Counted from the first letter of the stretch, positions 1 through 12,515 are shown. The stretch: 38,137 nucleotides of DNA from Nemertoderma westbladi (GCA_032718475.1 JAUCBJ010008041.1:1-38137), one strand, 5' to 3'. Notes: a model not told the origin generated them from the letters alone. Translations and numbers: made by a program.

Positions 1-952
1 CGGTATATCAATTATTTCAAATAATTGAATTTCTGTTACTTTAGGGTTACTTTGTTACTTTACTTACTTTATTACCGTTATTTGAGCAGTAATCCAACTG
101 ATATTGAGACCTAATGGTTGTATGGTAGGCCTACGATTTATAAATCGTTAGATTTGATTTATAATATATATATACCCGTTTTAGTGGGTTTTGTCAATGT
201 TTGAAATAAATGTTATTATTTCTGGGGAGTAATCACTACACAAAGCGGTGCGCTTTCAGTGAAGTGTTACGTACAGGACACTAAAACAAATAATACTAAT
301 TTACCTAAGTTACTTAATACTACAAATTACGTACAATTTGGGTTGAGATTACAATCTCTAAATAAATGCAAAAATTTACAAAAACGCAAATACGAATTTT
401 TAGGGTAATTTTACAAGAAGTCTACAAACCAGCCTAACAAAGGGTTAGAAAACCGGTTATTACACGGACAGGGTACTACGGTATTTGAAATAATAAGTAG
501 TAGTAAATACACTGCGTTGTCTAGATAGGAAAATGCCACCGCCTGACGACCTATAGCCGTATCGCTATAGGTTCTACGTTATGTATCACGGAGTGTTCCT
601 ACCTAGAAGTTAATAGAGCTAATCGAATGTGCCTATCAACCACTTTACAACACAAATATAATGGCTACAATAATTACTTCGGGAAAGCACTGTACACTAA
701 ACCCTAAATTAGGTACGAGTACTTGTACAACAAATAATCAGTAGTTAAATATACTTGAACAGCTAAAAGAACCACGGCATCTGCTGGAGTGACCGATGCA
801 CAAAATCACCAGTCTTTACCTACGCCTAGCAGCCCGTATAGTACCGGGGTTAATTTAACTATAACGGTATGTATAACAAACACAATTACTGTAGGAACAA
901 ACTTAGGGAATGAATGTTGCGAATAATCGCATAAACTCTGAATAATAAATAT

Positions 953-1515
953 TACGCTACGCGTACAAACTACTCAAATAAAATACAGACCGAACACTGA
1001 CAGACTACTATCAAGCCTAAACAAACTACGGTATATGCAGACTCCGAAATGATTAGGGAGTATGCGCTCTAACCCAGTAGTGCGACTTATTCTTTAGTTG
1101 GGGGTTTACCTTACAGTGTTGCTGCCCCTACTGCCTAATCGTACTTAATCGGACAGATGATCTACACACGCGGCAATCCGTTCAGACCTAATAACAGCCA
1201 GACAACTATCCAGCCTACAAATTATCTAAATAAAATTATACGCTACCCGTACAGCCTTACACAAACAAAGTACAGACTAAACGATGGCAGACTACTCTCA
1301 AGCCTAAATAAAATACAGGACATGCAGACTCCGAAATGATTAGGGAGTATGCGCTCTAACCCAGTAGTGCGACTTATTCTTTAGTTGGGGGATTTACCTT
1401 ACAGCGTTGCTGCCCCTACTTCCTAATCGTACTTAATCGGACAGGTGCTCTACACACACTGCAATCCGTTCAGACTTAACAGCAATCAGACAACAGCTCA
1501 GCCTACAAATTGTCT
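953..1515 (-). repeat. Two tandem ~287-bp leader units in A1
   Basis: CCGAAATGATTAGGGAGTATGCGCTCT occurs at 1044 and 1331. Confidence 0.9.
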
Positions 1516-1784
1516 GTACAATCTGATGAGGTTTACACGCCTTCTGTTCAATACTGGCCTACAAATAAATAAAACTTGACAGAAATAAGTAAAAACTCAA
1601 TAAAAAACCAGGGCGGGCCCTCCCTGATTAATTATTAAGGCCTACCGGTATATAATTATCAAAATCGAATAATACTGCTGCACCTGTACTGCTGTAGGTA
1701 CCGGTCCGGGTGGTTAGGTAGTCAGGCCTACTGGGTACCGGTTGCCGGTACTTCAGCTTTATTGCCTACTGCAATACAGAAGCA

Positions 1785-1795
1785 ATATCCTTTAA
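1785..1795 (-). promoter_or_regulatory. Putative self-priming PBS of A1 (TTAAAGGATAT, element sense)
   Basis: Abuts the LTR end. Exact reverse complement of LTR-internal 2534-2544. Confidence 0.8.
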
Positions 1796-3014
1796 TGTTC
1801 GCGCTTTCAGACCTTTGGCAGTTTAACCCGCCAAATTAGAATGTCTTCTAGATAATAAATCTGCTTTTTAGTCTATGACAAGTATTTGATTCACTACACT
1901 AGTCGAAACCAATCCGTGCGCGACCATTCACCCGCTGGATATTCCCGGGAGATTGGGTTCGACGGTTTAATTTGTATTGCTATGTAAGCCTAATGTATTA
2001 TTCGACTGACAGTATTATATAATCTCTGACAATATTATTCACCTTCGGTAATATTAACAGTTCCTTTAGGACGTGGCGCTTTATCTACATAAACAGAGTT
2101 ATGACTTAAACTACTCGCAACGATATGGCTTAATTATAATCCACATATATGGCGCATTCTTTAGGAATTGCTTCTTTAACAGACTCACTCATACACTATG
2201 CTGCACAATACTGCACACTAATCTGCCAATCTTCACTGATTTTAGTCACATATAAAAGGAACACAGGCTGACTCATGTAGGGTCTATCAAATAACATTAG
2301 ATTCACTTCAAACCACTTTAACATAAGTCACAATCGTTATTAGTAACCTTTCTCTCTTACCTTCGGTATATCAAGAATATTGGGTTGCGGGGTTATTTAT
2401 CGTTATTCCAAATATAATTATTCATCAACCATATTATGAAGAACTGACAGCAAATAGCAGTATAAAACAACAAGTCAGTACCGGTATGTCAGCAATGAGA
2501 TATAGGCATGTGCATGGTCCGTAGTCAGATATGTTAAAGGATATATGCCCTTTATAATTAAACCTACTAGTGTACGACTAAAAAGCAGTACAGCACAAAA
2601 ATACTTCCAAGCCGTTCTTTCTTTGGCTCAAGACTGAATGTAAACACTGCACATAGGCATTTCGTCATTTCTCGGAAATTCTCTGTACAAGGAGCCACAA
2701 AAACGCTCTCATTGGCTGACTGAGCTGAGAGACACCGTAGAACAAAGGAAATCAACACGTATGAATGTCAGCTGTTAACCGTAGTCATAGTAACTACTGT
2801 TCAAGAGTAGCTATCACTCCTTTGCGTCACGAATTGCCATAGAATCATAAAAATATACCTTTCACAATACACATACGGAGGAAATAAGTCTTAGATCCTC
2901 TAAAAACACCGATACAGTAATAATACGGTCTCTTACACTTATTAAATCAACTACAGAGTATTTTAATGTAAAAGATAATAAAAATAACGGGGCAATTCAG
3001 CAAAGGCTTTTACA
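1796..3014 (-). repeat. 5' LTR of A1 (1219 bp)
   Basis: TG...CA ends homologous to the A3 LTR ends. U5-side part is well conserved, U3-side part diverged. Confidence 0.85.
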
Positions 3015-3761
3015 GTGACACAATCAATTGATATATTTGATGGTTTTCAAAATTTGGTGCTAGCACCACATTTTGCACCCACATCCGAAAAATACAAGTT
3101 TGAGATGTCTAGTTCGATAATTATATTTTCCATTGAATTCAGAACAGCCATAAACCTCTAAAACGCAAGAAATAAATTGTCACAAGCAATTTTATCTATT
3201 GAATGGATTTTCAAAATTTCGTGCTAGCACCAAAATTTGCACACAGCACCGAAAAATACAAGTTTGATACGCTTGGTGCAACTCGTATATATTTCATCGA
3301 ATCCAAAATCCCAAAAAACCCCAATTGCGTAAAAAACAAGTTTCAAACGATCAATTTACAAAATTGACTTATTTCAAAATTTAGTGCTGGCTCCAAAATT
3401 TGGCACCCACCGAAAAAAACAAGTTTGAAATTTCTAAATCAATTTATATGAATTCCATCAAATTTCTAACACCAAAAAACCGGTGTAAATCAAAAATACT
3501 GATGTTACAATTCATATTTAATGAAATGTAATTTTCAAAAAACGTCTCAAAAAAAGTGCCAAAAGTAGGGTTAAAAAATGGTGCTATAACTCGAAAAGTA
3601 CCCAATATTTTTGAAAACGGGTTTCACTACTAGGAAGACAATATATTTTTAGGAAAAGTCATAAAATTTCAGATTCCCAACTGCGTTTGTTTCAGAATTA
3701 TAATAAAAAAACCACGAAGGGGTCATATTGACCCCCCCCCCCCCGGGTTTAATAGGGTTAA
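3015..3761. mobile_element. piggyBac-like non-autonomous element remnant (one end) with three ~164-bp internal repeats
   Basis: Ends ...GGGGTCATATTGACCCCC...AATAGGG|TTAA (3758-3761). Repeats TTTCAAAATTTNGTGCT near 3045, 3209 and 3373. The left part is interrupted by the A1 LTR. Confidence 0.65.
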
Positions 3762-4162
3762 ACCGAAACCCACTGGAAGACTCCGAGCCCCATCTTAACT
3801 CATCCAAGACCTGTGCCCTAATTCATATTCATCCTTACATCCTCTCTCTATCGCCTCTCTCCCCGCCGCTTCGCTTCCCTTCTCTCTCTCCTAGCAGCTT
3901 CCTCCTCCCTCTGTTCCTCTACCCAATCCGCCTCCTTCTTCTCCCATCATTGGTACGTTGTATCTACGTTTCTATCCACTAGATTCTGGGTATTATAGCA
4001 TATCAACTCGACCTTTTGTCCCGGGTGGGTTACAGGCATAGGTTCTGATTCATAAATCACGTCACCCCCCATTTATTGGTAGGAAGTGTAGGACAGAATG
4101 GATCTGCTTACATACATTAACCAGGAGAATAAGAGCAAGTTACAACGAGCCAGGTCAATGGA

Positions 4163-4395
4163 CTACACTGACTACAGTAGATCAAGAAACGGGAAAGTAA
4201 ATAAAGTTTTAATTTACAATATTTTATATGTAATTTTGTTGTCTATCAAATTATTATGAAGAAGTTTATTACCAGTTTATTGAAATTTTTCAATGTACTT
4301 ACGCATTCATTCCCATATCAATGAGATTTCAGGTGCTTAATGTTGTGCAAAAATTTAAATTGGCAGAATAAACTACCGAAGGAAGTTATCCGGTT
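4163..4395 (+). mobile_element. Fragment homologous (inverted) to the non-coding end region of the Harbinger element at 13704-13971
   Basis: CTACACTGACTACAGTAGATCAAGAAACGGGAAAGTAAATAAAGTTT is the reverse complement of ~13925-13971. Similarity continues to ~4395. Confidence 0.75.
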
Positions 4396-4508
4396 ACATA
4401 TTTTCGTGTTTCACATCCTCGAACGCAAAAAATTATACATAATATAATTCATACAGCTCTACTATTAGCCATTGGAATATAGTCCCTTATAATTTATTCA
4501 ATGTCGCG

Positions 4509-6308
4509 TTAAATTTTAATTAACGGCCCATCCTTTCTCGACATACGGTACTCATTCTTCTCAGGGCTCCGCCTTAGCGTTTGCTTCAATTTACGAAGCC
4601 TTGTGAGTAACATCCCCTTGTTATCCGGTAGCGGTAATTTCGGTTGTTTCCATACCATCCCTATGGTGTACCGCCCCTCGTCGCATCTCATCGACTCCTT
4701 TACACTTTGTATTGCCTGTTTATCTTCTACCGAGGTTCCGACCCCGGTCTCTTTCAATCCCTCAAAGTCCTGTCTGAGTAGTCTCCTGAGCTGCTCCTCC
4801 ACTCCTTCATCTTCTATCTCCCTCATAGTTCCCGCAGACATGCATCCTGATGTCTCCGACATCCTAAACGGAATCTTGCTTCTAATTGGTGTGGAAATTG
4901 CCATTGGGTCACGCTGTTTCTCTTCGCCGAAGACCGTCTGCATTCTCTCGTGGGCCATCGGGCAATCCATTACCACTATAATGGATACCTTCCTAACGTC
5001 CACCTCTGGTATCGAGAAATCGATGCTGTCCAGGAATTTGTATTGTTCGACCTCGATGTTGGTTGGTCGCCTGGTGTTGATATTTATCGATTCTATCACC
5101 TGGATGGGGTTGATGGTCGCCCCATAATCGCATCCCGGTGCTATCGCTGCTATCCCGCACCGTCCGGTCCTCATCCCTAGGACCTCATCTTTGCTGGAGC
5201 TGGTTGTTACCACCATCCTACTTGGCCTCGTCTTTAGTCCTATCTCTTCGGCCACCCAATTCTCGACCAATGTGAAGGCTGCTCCACTGTCGACCAGCAT
5301 CAGCGTGGTTACCGATCGACCGCCTTCTCCGATCACCCTCACTGGTACTACCCCGAGTAGTAACATTCCTCTCTTCTTCGCCCCTATGGTGCTTGTCGCC
5401 ATTGTCTGCCCTTTGCCTTGACCGAACTTAATTGGTGTTTCTTTGCATTGATCAGCTCTGTGTCCGCCCGCCACACATCGATGACAGATTCCACTCTTTC
5501 TTGCATATTCCACCTGGTCTTGTTTGGGCAATGCTTGCCAATATCTGCAGTTCATGGTCTGATGAAGTGCGTTCGTATGCAATTGGCATTTGTTGTCTGG
5601 ATTATAGCCGTCCTTATACAGTGCGCTGCGTATCACACTTACGTTCGTACCTAGATCCCTACTGTTCTTATTGTTTGGGTTCGGCCTACTGGGCGCATTG
5701 GGGTTATGTTTGTTTGTGTTGTTATTGTTTGTATTGTTGTTATTTGTGTTGTGCTGTCTGCTCCATGGTGTGGCCCTACCCCCGGCTACATGTGGACTAG
5801 CAGTCCCCTGAGTCGCCGCGTATGTCAGCGATTGTCTGAGCTTTGGCAATGCGTTCGCCGTGTTGTGTTCTGGTTTCGGCCTGTTATATTCGGTCTTTGG
5901 CCCCTTCCCCAGACTATCCTCGCTATAGACTGGGTCTGTGATCAATTCGGCTTCGTAGTTGAGGAAGCTCGAGATTTCTTCTAGGCCCGGTTCCACTCCC
6001 TTCTTCTCCCGGGTGGAGAAAGCGATTTTTCTCCACTTATTGCGCAGCCAGATCGGCAGTGCCTGCGCTATCGTGGTGATGTTATTAGATGCGTTGAGTT
6101 CATATGGCGCATCTAGCGTCTTCAACATGATTAGTGCCTTCTCGACTTTGTTCGCAAACGTCTTTATGCTAACGGGGCTATCCTGTAGGCCATCCGATGT
6201 TATATCCCTCAGGGTCTGCCGGATGATCTTGGCTGGGTGCCTGTACTCCCTGTCTAGGGCCCGCCATGCAGTTGTGAAGCCACCCTCGATGCCCTGATAC
6301 TGCCTCAC
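4509..6308 (-). pseudogene. B1 gag core, Cys-His knuckles, aspartic protease and pre-RT linker (part of a broken polyprotein)
   Basis: CQLHTNALHQTMNC and CHRCVAGGHRADQC knuckles; LMLVDSGAAFTLV protease motif; GRYTIGMVWK...LPDNKGMLLTRLRKL is the typical Pao pre-RT segment. The last ~12 aa probably come from flanking DNA. Confidence 0.85.
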
Positions 6309-9127
6309 GATGTCATACGCTGGGCCTCCCGTATATACCTGTAGATATTTTAGGCACTCTGCCTGCGTCAGTATAGCGTCAGATTAACCAAGTATATTGT
6401 TGATATTGTAATGGGGGAATGTCACCCTGCCCCCCCCCCCCCACCGGTGGTATGTTTGGTACTGGGGTTGATGTTAATATATTGGGGCCCATAAACCTAT
6501 CCGCAATAACTCTCCCCTCCCCTGGATATATGTTATGTCCCTGCATGCTATTGTCATACTGCTGTGCTGGTACTGGTATAGGCCTATCCACTTCTGGCCT
6601 ACCTACCAGTATGTACTCCGCGACTTCCGGGTTTAACCCCGCCGTCCACGCTACCCTATCGCCTACATTATCTCTCCCAGCATGGCCTATAGTATGTGCA
6701 GTAAGGCCTACAGTATGTCCTGCAGTCTGTATGTGTCCCTCCGGACCGAAGTTTAACCTTCTCGAATAATCCAAGAAGTCCTCCCCGCAACTACCGTACC
6801 CTCGATCGGCAGCTACATCCCGTCGGGGACTTTCTCTTCGATCCCCTCTCCTATTCTCGTCCTTGTACCGGTACGCCCTGTACCCCTCTCTCGGCGTATA
6901 GTACACCTCGCCAGGTCGCGTCTCTCCGGGATGACGGCAATCTCCCGGAGTTCGACCCCACTGACTCTCCAGCTCCATCTCTACTACGACGGCTCGCTAT
7001 CCGTCCTCGCTCTCCTGTCGCTCGCAATGACACTTCTTCTACTCTCTTCTCTTCTTCTCTCTGCAGTGTAGCATCCCCGCTCGTGAGATCTCTCGTCGAC
7101 CTCCCGGTTAAACTCCACTGTCCTTCTCCCTCTTCTGACCGGACCACCGCTAATCTCTCGTTGTGGGGCTCCTGTAGCCCCCCCCCCCCCCACTCGCCAC
7201 CTACCACTTCACTATCTCTCTCTTCGCTTCTACGCCCCTCTCTAGTCGACACACTATCCCTACTGCGGCTGGGTCTATTCACCCCCGCCTCTCCCTCTAT
7301 CACTGCGTGTCCTGACCGGCTCCCGTCGGGTTGACTCACCCCTGCTACTCCCTGCGTATTAACTATTTTGGCCTACCAGGCTCCCATCGGGGTGTCTCAC
7401 CCCCGTTACCCCCTGCGTACTGATTATGTGGCCTGGCAGGCTCTCGTTGGCCGGGCCACTTTCATCTTCCGCGTTTATATTAATAGCACCATTGTCAATA
7501 TTATTTTCTAAATTATTTAAATTATTAGAATTATTCTGTGCTGAATTCGGATTATTATTTAAATTATTCTGTATATTTGAATTAGAATCCGGATTATTTT
7601 GTTCGTTTGAATTAAAATTATTATTTTTAGATTATTTTGCGTATTTAAATTAGGATCGTTCGGATTTAAATTATTGTTACCGGGCAAAATATTATTTCCT
7701 GCAATGAAAGTTTGATTAGGGTTGTCTACTACAGTATTATTAATATTGACGCCTTCTAGCGTATTATTATTACCCCCCCCCCCCCCCCCCCCCCCGCCTG
7801 TACGGTTACACCAGTCTTGGGTTTGTCGTCCGGTCCCTGTAAGTGGGGTATTAACAAACGTTTCCATAACTTCTGGCTCCTCGTAAACAGTACCCGAGCC
7901 AGCCTCACTCTCTGATAGCCCCAATTGCGCCAGTTCTAATCGGCGCTTTTGCTTGGCCTGATATTGCATAAGCCCCCTCAACCGGGCATGCATATCATCC
8001 CGCACACGCTTTCCCGTTCTCTCTCTCTCCCTATCCTCTCGCAAACTCTGCTCGGCCAACTCTGCCTCTCTCGCAATCCTCTCAAGCCGCCTCGCCTCAC
8101 GCTCTTTACGCTCGTTCGCCTCTCTCGCCTCTCGCTCTTTACGCTCATTCGTCTCTCTCGCCTCTCGCTCCTTTCCTTCCCTTATTTCTATCTCCTCACA
8201 CTCTCTAAAGTTTCTTGCGACCCTCTCAGCCCTTTCTTTATTCTCTCTCGCCAGTTCCCTCCCTTTCTCTAATAACGCAGTTCCCTCGTCCAACTGCCTC
8301 TCTAATTCTTTCTGGTCTAGCGCCACCATGTCTAATTGTCATGCCAGATCTATCTCTAACACCCTTCTTGCTTTTGCAAAGGATGTAGCGGACTTATTGG
8401 TTGCGACAGACCCCAGTTGCCTCTCTGTCCTGCTAACTTTCCCCCGCTTTCTGGGGTTCTTGCTAACCGACGAGACCGAATCCTCGGGGTTAACCTCGGA
8501 TTCGCCCTCGTGCAGGTCTGCCCAACCCACTAACTTAATTCCCCTAGCATCCACTAAATACGGCCCTACGTACACTACTTGGGGCTCCATAATCCCGGAC
8601 CACCACAGTTCCAATAGTTCAGTGGCGACCCCCCTCGCTCTCTCACTCGCTAGTTCTCCCTGCCTGAAACGAACTAGGTATCTGAAATGTTTATTCGACT
8701 CACCTAGTCGCTGGCTCAACTTCCCCTGGTCTACCTTTGCTCCCTCTCTGGCCTCCTTGAGCTGTTTCTTCGTGGCGTTGTAGGCCCGTCGAAGCCGATC
8801 GCTGGTTCCGACGTCCTCATCGCCGACACCTCCTCCTCCTCTCCTGGTTCGGCGGCGTACTGTCGCCGTTCTGGTGGGCCGTTCGTCGCCCTCGGCCTGT
8901 GGCTGGCCGGCGACTTCGGCACTTCGACCGCCGTCGTGCGTCGACTCGTCCCCTCATTGTAGTAGACTGCCGCCCTCCGCTTGTGCTGCCGGATCGTCTC
9001 TCGTCGGCGAATCCGGCGTTGCAGGTCGATACCGTCGTGTCACGGCCTCACGGATCATTTCGTTGGTATCGTCCGGGGTCCACGGTGGTGTCCTCTCTCC
9101 CTCTAGATCTCGGGGCTCTGTGCTCAT
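6309..9127 (-). pseudogene. Long low-complexity/coiled-coil N-terminal gag region of B1, broken by stops and frameshifts
   Basis: ATG at 9127 lies ~60 nt after the LTR. Fragments 8339-8719, 7559-8329 and 6379-6978 are colinear and homologous to the B2 ORFs. Confidence 0.75.
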
Positions 9128-9179
9128 CTTTAATTTCTATGGTGTTGGCTGGCAGTTACAGTTTACAGTGGTCCCTGGA

Positions 9180-9188
9180 ATTTCGTAC
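9180..9188 (-). promoter_or_regulatory. Putative self-priming PBS of B1 (GTACGAAAT)
   Basis: Abuts the LTR end. Exact reverse complement of LTR-internal 9372-9380. Confidence 0.75.
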
Positions 9189-9753
9189 TGTGATGGGATC
9201 AGGGGATCCCGACCGGTTTATTAGGTTACGAGTCACCGTGTAATTGAGAAGAAGATAGTTTGTCATTATCGTTCTGATATTGTTATAGGTAAACTGAAAT
9301 AAAATATGATAGCACAGTTGACAGAATGTATGCAGTATGATATAAATGTTGTACCGGTAGTGACGGTGACGGTACGAAATGTCACCGGTCTGCACTGAAT
9401 GACTGAGTAAACTAAACTGGTCGGTACTGTATGCAATATGATATATGATTGTCACTCCTACATTACTTTGGCCTCTCAATCTAGCGGATGCTTCCCTCGC
9501 CCTTATTGGCTAATAGTCTAATTCTCGGCTCTCACCTCTGTGGGAGTGCTTCTCCCCCCGCTGCTGTTACTTTCCCTCTCGAGGTGGTTTGACCTCTAAC
9601 CTCCCTTTGTGTGGCATTCGGGGCTGTGCGTTGTCCCCGTTATTGGATGTGATACGAGATTAGTTGTGATTAATCTCGTATCTCCAATATTGCTGAAAAG
9701 GCGCCACTTCCCAACTTTATGGGGATAGTGAGGCGGAATTGAATCCGCTCACA
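9189..9753 (-). repeat. 5' LTR of B1 (565 bp)
   Basis: TG...CA ends. Shares GACTGAGTAAACTAAACTG, ATTGGCTAATA, CTCCAATATTGCT and GCGGAATTG blocks with the B2 LTRs. Confidence 0.85.
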
Positions 9754-11716
9754 TAAACCCTAAATTAGATACAAGTACTTATACAACATATAACTAGCAG
9801 TTAAATATACGTGAACAGCCAAAAGAACCACGGTATCTGCTGGAGTGACCGGAGCACAAAATCACCAGTCTGTCCTATGCCAAGCAGTCCTGAAGTAGTA
9901 CCGGGGTTAATTTAACTATAATGGTATGCATAACAAGCATAATTACTGTAAAGGATAAACTTGGGGAGTTGTAGGTTGCAAATACTTGCATAAACTCTGA
10001 ATAATAAATATTATGCTACCCGTACAGACTATTCAAACAAAACACAGACCAAATGCTGGCAGACTACTGTCAAGCCTAAATAAACTACAGTATATGCAAT
10101 CTCCGAAATGGTTAGTTAGTAAGCGTTCTAACTACGTAGTACGAGTTATTCTTTCGTGGAGGATTTACCTTACAGCACTGGATGCCTCCTCCTTCCTAAC
10201 TAGCACTTTATTGGACAGAACTCTACATACACTGCAATCGCCTCAGACCTAACAACAGTTAGACAACAATCCGGCCTACAAATTATTTACACAATCTGAG
10301 CAGGCTTACACGCCTTCTGCTCAATATTACACTTACCAGTAACTAAAACCAACAGAAACATGTAAGCTCTAAAAGAAATAAGGGGTGTACAGGCCCTACT
10401 CTCTTAAACAGCCTTCTAATATACAATATATCATAATCAAATAATACTGGGTAAAGTACTGGTTCGGGTTACTAGGCCTACAGTCTACCGTCCGACCGGT
10501 ACGTTCGATTTTATTGCCTACTGAGCAATAAAGAAACTAAAATCTATTAATGTTCGCGCTTTCAGACCTTTAGCAGTTTAACCTGCCAATTTCAATTGTC
10601 CTTTTGATTATGAATCGACCTTGGCCCTTACCAATTACCTGGTGTACTGAAATTACATCCGCCGAAGCCAGTCCGTGCGCGGCGTATGACCCAAGGTGTG
10701 GGAGACTGGATTCGCGTTCCCTAGGAAGTTATTGCGGTGTAGGCTACGTTGTATTATTCGATTGATCTCTACTATATAATCTCTGACAACTATATTTACT
10801 TTCAGGGAAATATTAATAGTTCCTTTGGGACGTGGTGCTTTAAGTATGAAACAGAGTTATGACTTACACTAATCACAACTAGATGGCCACAGAGATTCGT
10901 AAATAGCGCATTCTTTAGGAGATGCTTTATTAACCTTCACACGACTTCACACTACTTCACACTAATTCACACTAATTTGCCGACCGTCACTGATTTTGAT
11001 CATATATAAGGAGGATTGCAACTGACACACGTAGGGATTATGAAATCGCATTTAATTCACACAAAACCACTATAACTTGAGTCACAGTTGCTACCGGTTA
11101 ATCCTTCCTCCGCATATAATAATCAGTAATCAAGAAGATTGAGGGAGGAAGAGAAGATTGAAGATTGATTATTTATCGGTATTCTCCAAATATAACATCC
11201 ATTAATATATACAGCAATTAACACAATATAAAACAGCATTAAAACAGTGCGGTGAACAGTCAGTATGTGTTCATGAAGTTCAGTGTTCCGGTATGACAAG
11301 AGTTATTGCCGCATGTTCTGTTCAGTCCATGTGCATTGTGCAGTCGTACAGTACGAATTGTTAATAGATTTACCTTATTATAACTAAGGCCATCAGATGT
11401 TCTTGGGCCAAAGTCTGAAACGACCGTACTTAGTACAGAATTCTGAGAGGAATCTAATTCTCAGAAAAACGATAACTAAATGCGCATGCGCTAGTTTCCT
11501 CAGGTAGGTCTCCACTGGCATAACTGGGAAGATTGCTCTGATTGTCTGAAAAAGCTTGAACAAAGAGATCTCCACGTACACAAAGAATTAGCTGACAGAT
11601 TTCGTCACCTTGGTTCTAATTTCTGTCCGACGCGTAGTTGAACAATTTTAGGGCTATTTTAGAGTATTCTGCGCATTGCGTAAAAATGACTTGTTTTGTC
11701 CGCAAAAGCTTTTACA
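9754..11716 (-). mobile_element. BEL/Pao family A copy A2: 5' LTR (10551-11716) plus partial leader with one ~288-bp unit
   Basis: Colinear with A1 698-3014. LTR ends TGTAAAAGCTTTTGCG...AGCGCGAACA on the minus strand. Confidence 0.88.
10540..10550 (-). promoter_or_regulatory. Putative self-priming PBS of A2 (TTAATAGATTT)
   Basis: Abuts the LTR end. Exact reverse complement of LTR-internal 11361-11371. Confidence 0.8.
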
Positions 11717-12060
11717 CGGAGGGTAGTGCAGGGAATTGAATCCACTTACATAAATAACGAAATCATAGTGCAGGTTAATAACGAAATCATAGTGCGGGTA
11801 AATAACTTTGAGTACCAATAACTAATAAAATTTTACTGCAGTATTTATTACGGCCCCTTTACGGGCTCTGTAGGTTTTGCTTCACCAAACCAACATTTCG
11901 GTACATAACCGCATTAATAGAAAATTATATAAATCGAGCAAAAGGTCGTAACCACGCTATGAGTCCGGAATTACAACTGGCTATAGCGCTGCGACTTTAT
12001 GCTACGGGTTCATTTATAAATGTTGTTGGAATACCAATGCTGTTGTGAAATCCAGCGTTA

Positions 12061-12515
12061 TTCTTAGATATAGTAGCAGACTGGCCCGGCAGCGTACACA
12101 ATTCTAGAATTTTGAAGAACAGCAGTATTGGGATGGATTTTGAATCAGGCCAACGTAGAGGTATTCTACTAGGAGACAGTGGTTACGAGAACCGCTGTTG
12201 GTTACTGACACCGCTGCTACAGTAGTACTCGATAACTTTTTTTTTTTGAGAAATGTGATATAACGAAGTTTTAGTGTACTTAAGCGGAGATTCCATTGCC
12301 TTTGTGGAAAAATGAGAATGAGTCCAGAGCGTGTATGTCGCATCATTGATTCATGTGCGATTTTGCACAACACTGCCTCTACATGCGGCGATCCCATTCC
12401 CCCTGACAATGGTGAAGAATTACAAGGAGGAAACGACGTCAATGAGGATTTAGAGGCCCACACGATGGTGTTTTGTTTCGTCAGCATTTTATTTCGAAAT
12501 ACTTCATATAAGTAA
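12061..12515 (+). pseudogene. PIF/Harbinger (HARBI1-like, DDE_Tnp_4) transposase C-terminal fragment
   Basis: FLDIVADWPGSVHNSRILKNS, then after a frameshift GILLGDSGYENRCWLLTPL, then I*RSFSVLKRRFHCL...SPERVCRIIDSCAILHN. The catalytic E position is a TAA. Confidence 0.85.

Larger units (their letters stand above)
1..3014 (-). mobile_element. BEL/Pao family A copy A1: 5' LTR (1796-3014) plus long leader (1-1795); runs off the left window edge
   Basis: Reverse-complement homolog of A3 17172-20174. LTR termini read TGTAAAAGCCTTTGC...AGCGCGAACA on the minus strand, matching the TSD-defined LTR ends of A3. Confidence 0.9.
4545..9753 (-). mobile_element. BEL/Pao family B copy B1: 5' LTR plus disrupted gag-protease, truncated just before RT; inserted in the leader of A2
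   Basis: LTR 9189-9753 is homologous to the B2 LTRs. Family A leader sequence resumes at 9754 (TAAACCCTAAATTAG, compare 698). No 3' LTR is visible and the left boundary is approximate. Confidence 0.85.

Noticed and set aside
856-869. TAACTATAACGGT resembling an I-CeuI/rDNA homing site
   Set aside because: Only a partial match, with no rRNA context. It is part of a leader stem.
1157-1339. Conserved small antisense protein (similar to ORF 10013-10252)
   Set aside because: The similarity follows from DNA homology of the leader unit. Stops differ between units (TGG vs TGA, TCG vs TAG).
1523-1600. Hammerhead ribozyme core CTGATGAG
   Set aside because: No properly placed stem II/GAAA, it is antisense to the element, and it is not conserved in A2 or A3 (CTGAGCAG).
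3728-3982. 84-aa ORF and pyrimidine-rich tract
   Set aside because: It spans a transposon end and has no recognisable motif. The origin of 3762-4160 remains unassigned.
4603-6769. Numerous plus-strand ORFs opposite the B1 polyprotein (and likewise opposite the RTE and B2 ORFs)
   Set aside because: These are antisense shadows of real or decayed coding frames with no independent motifs.
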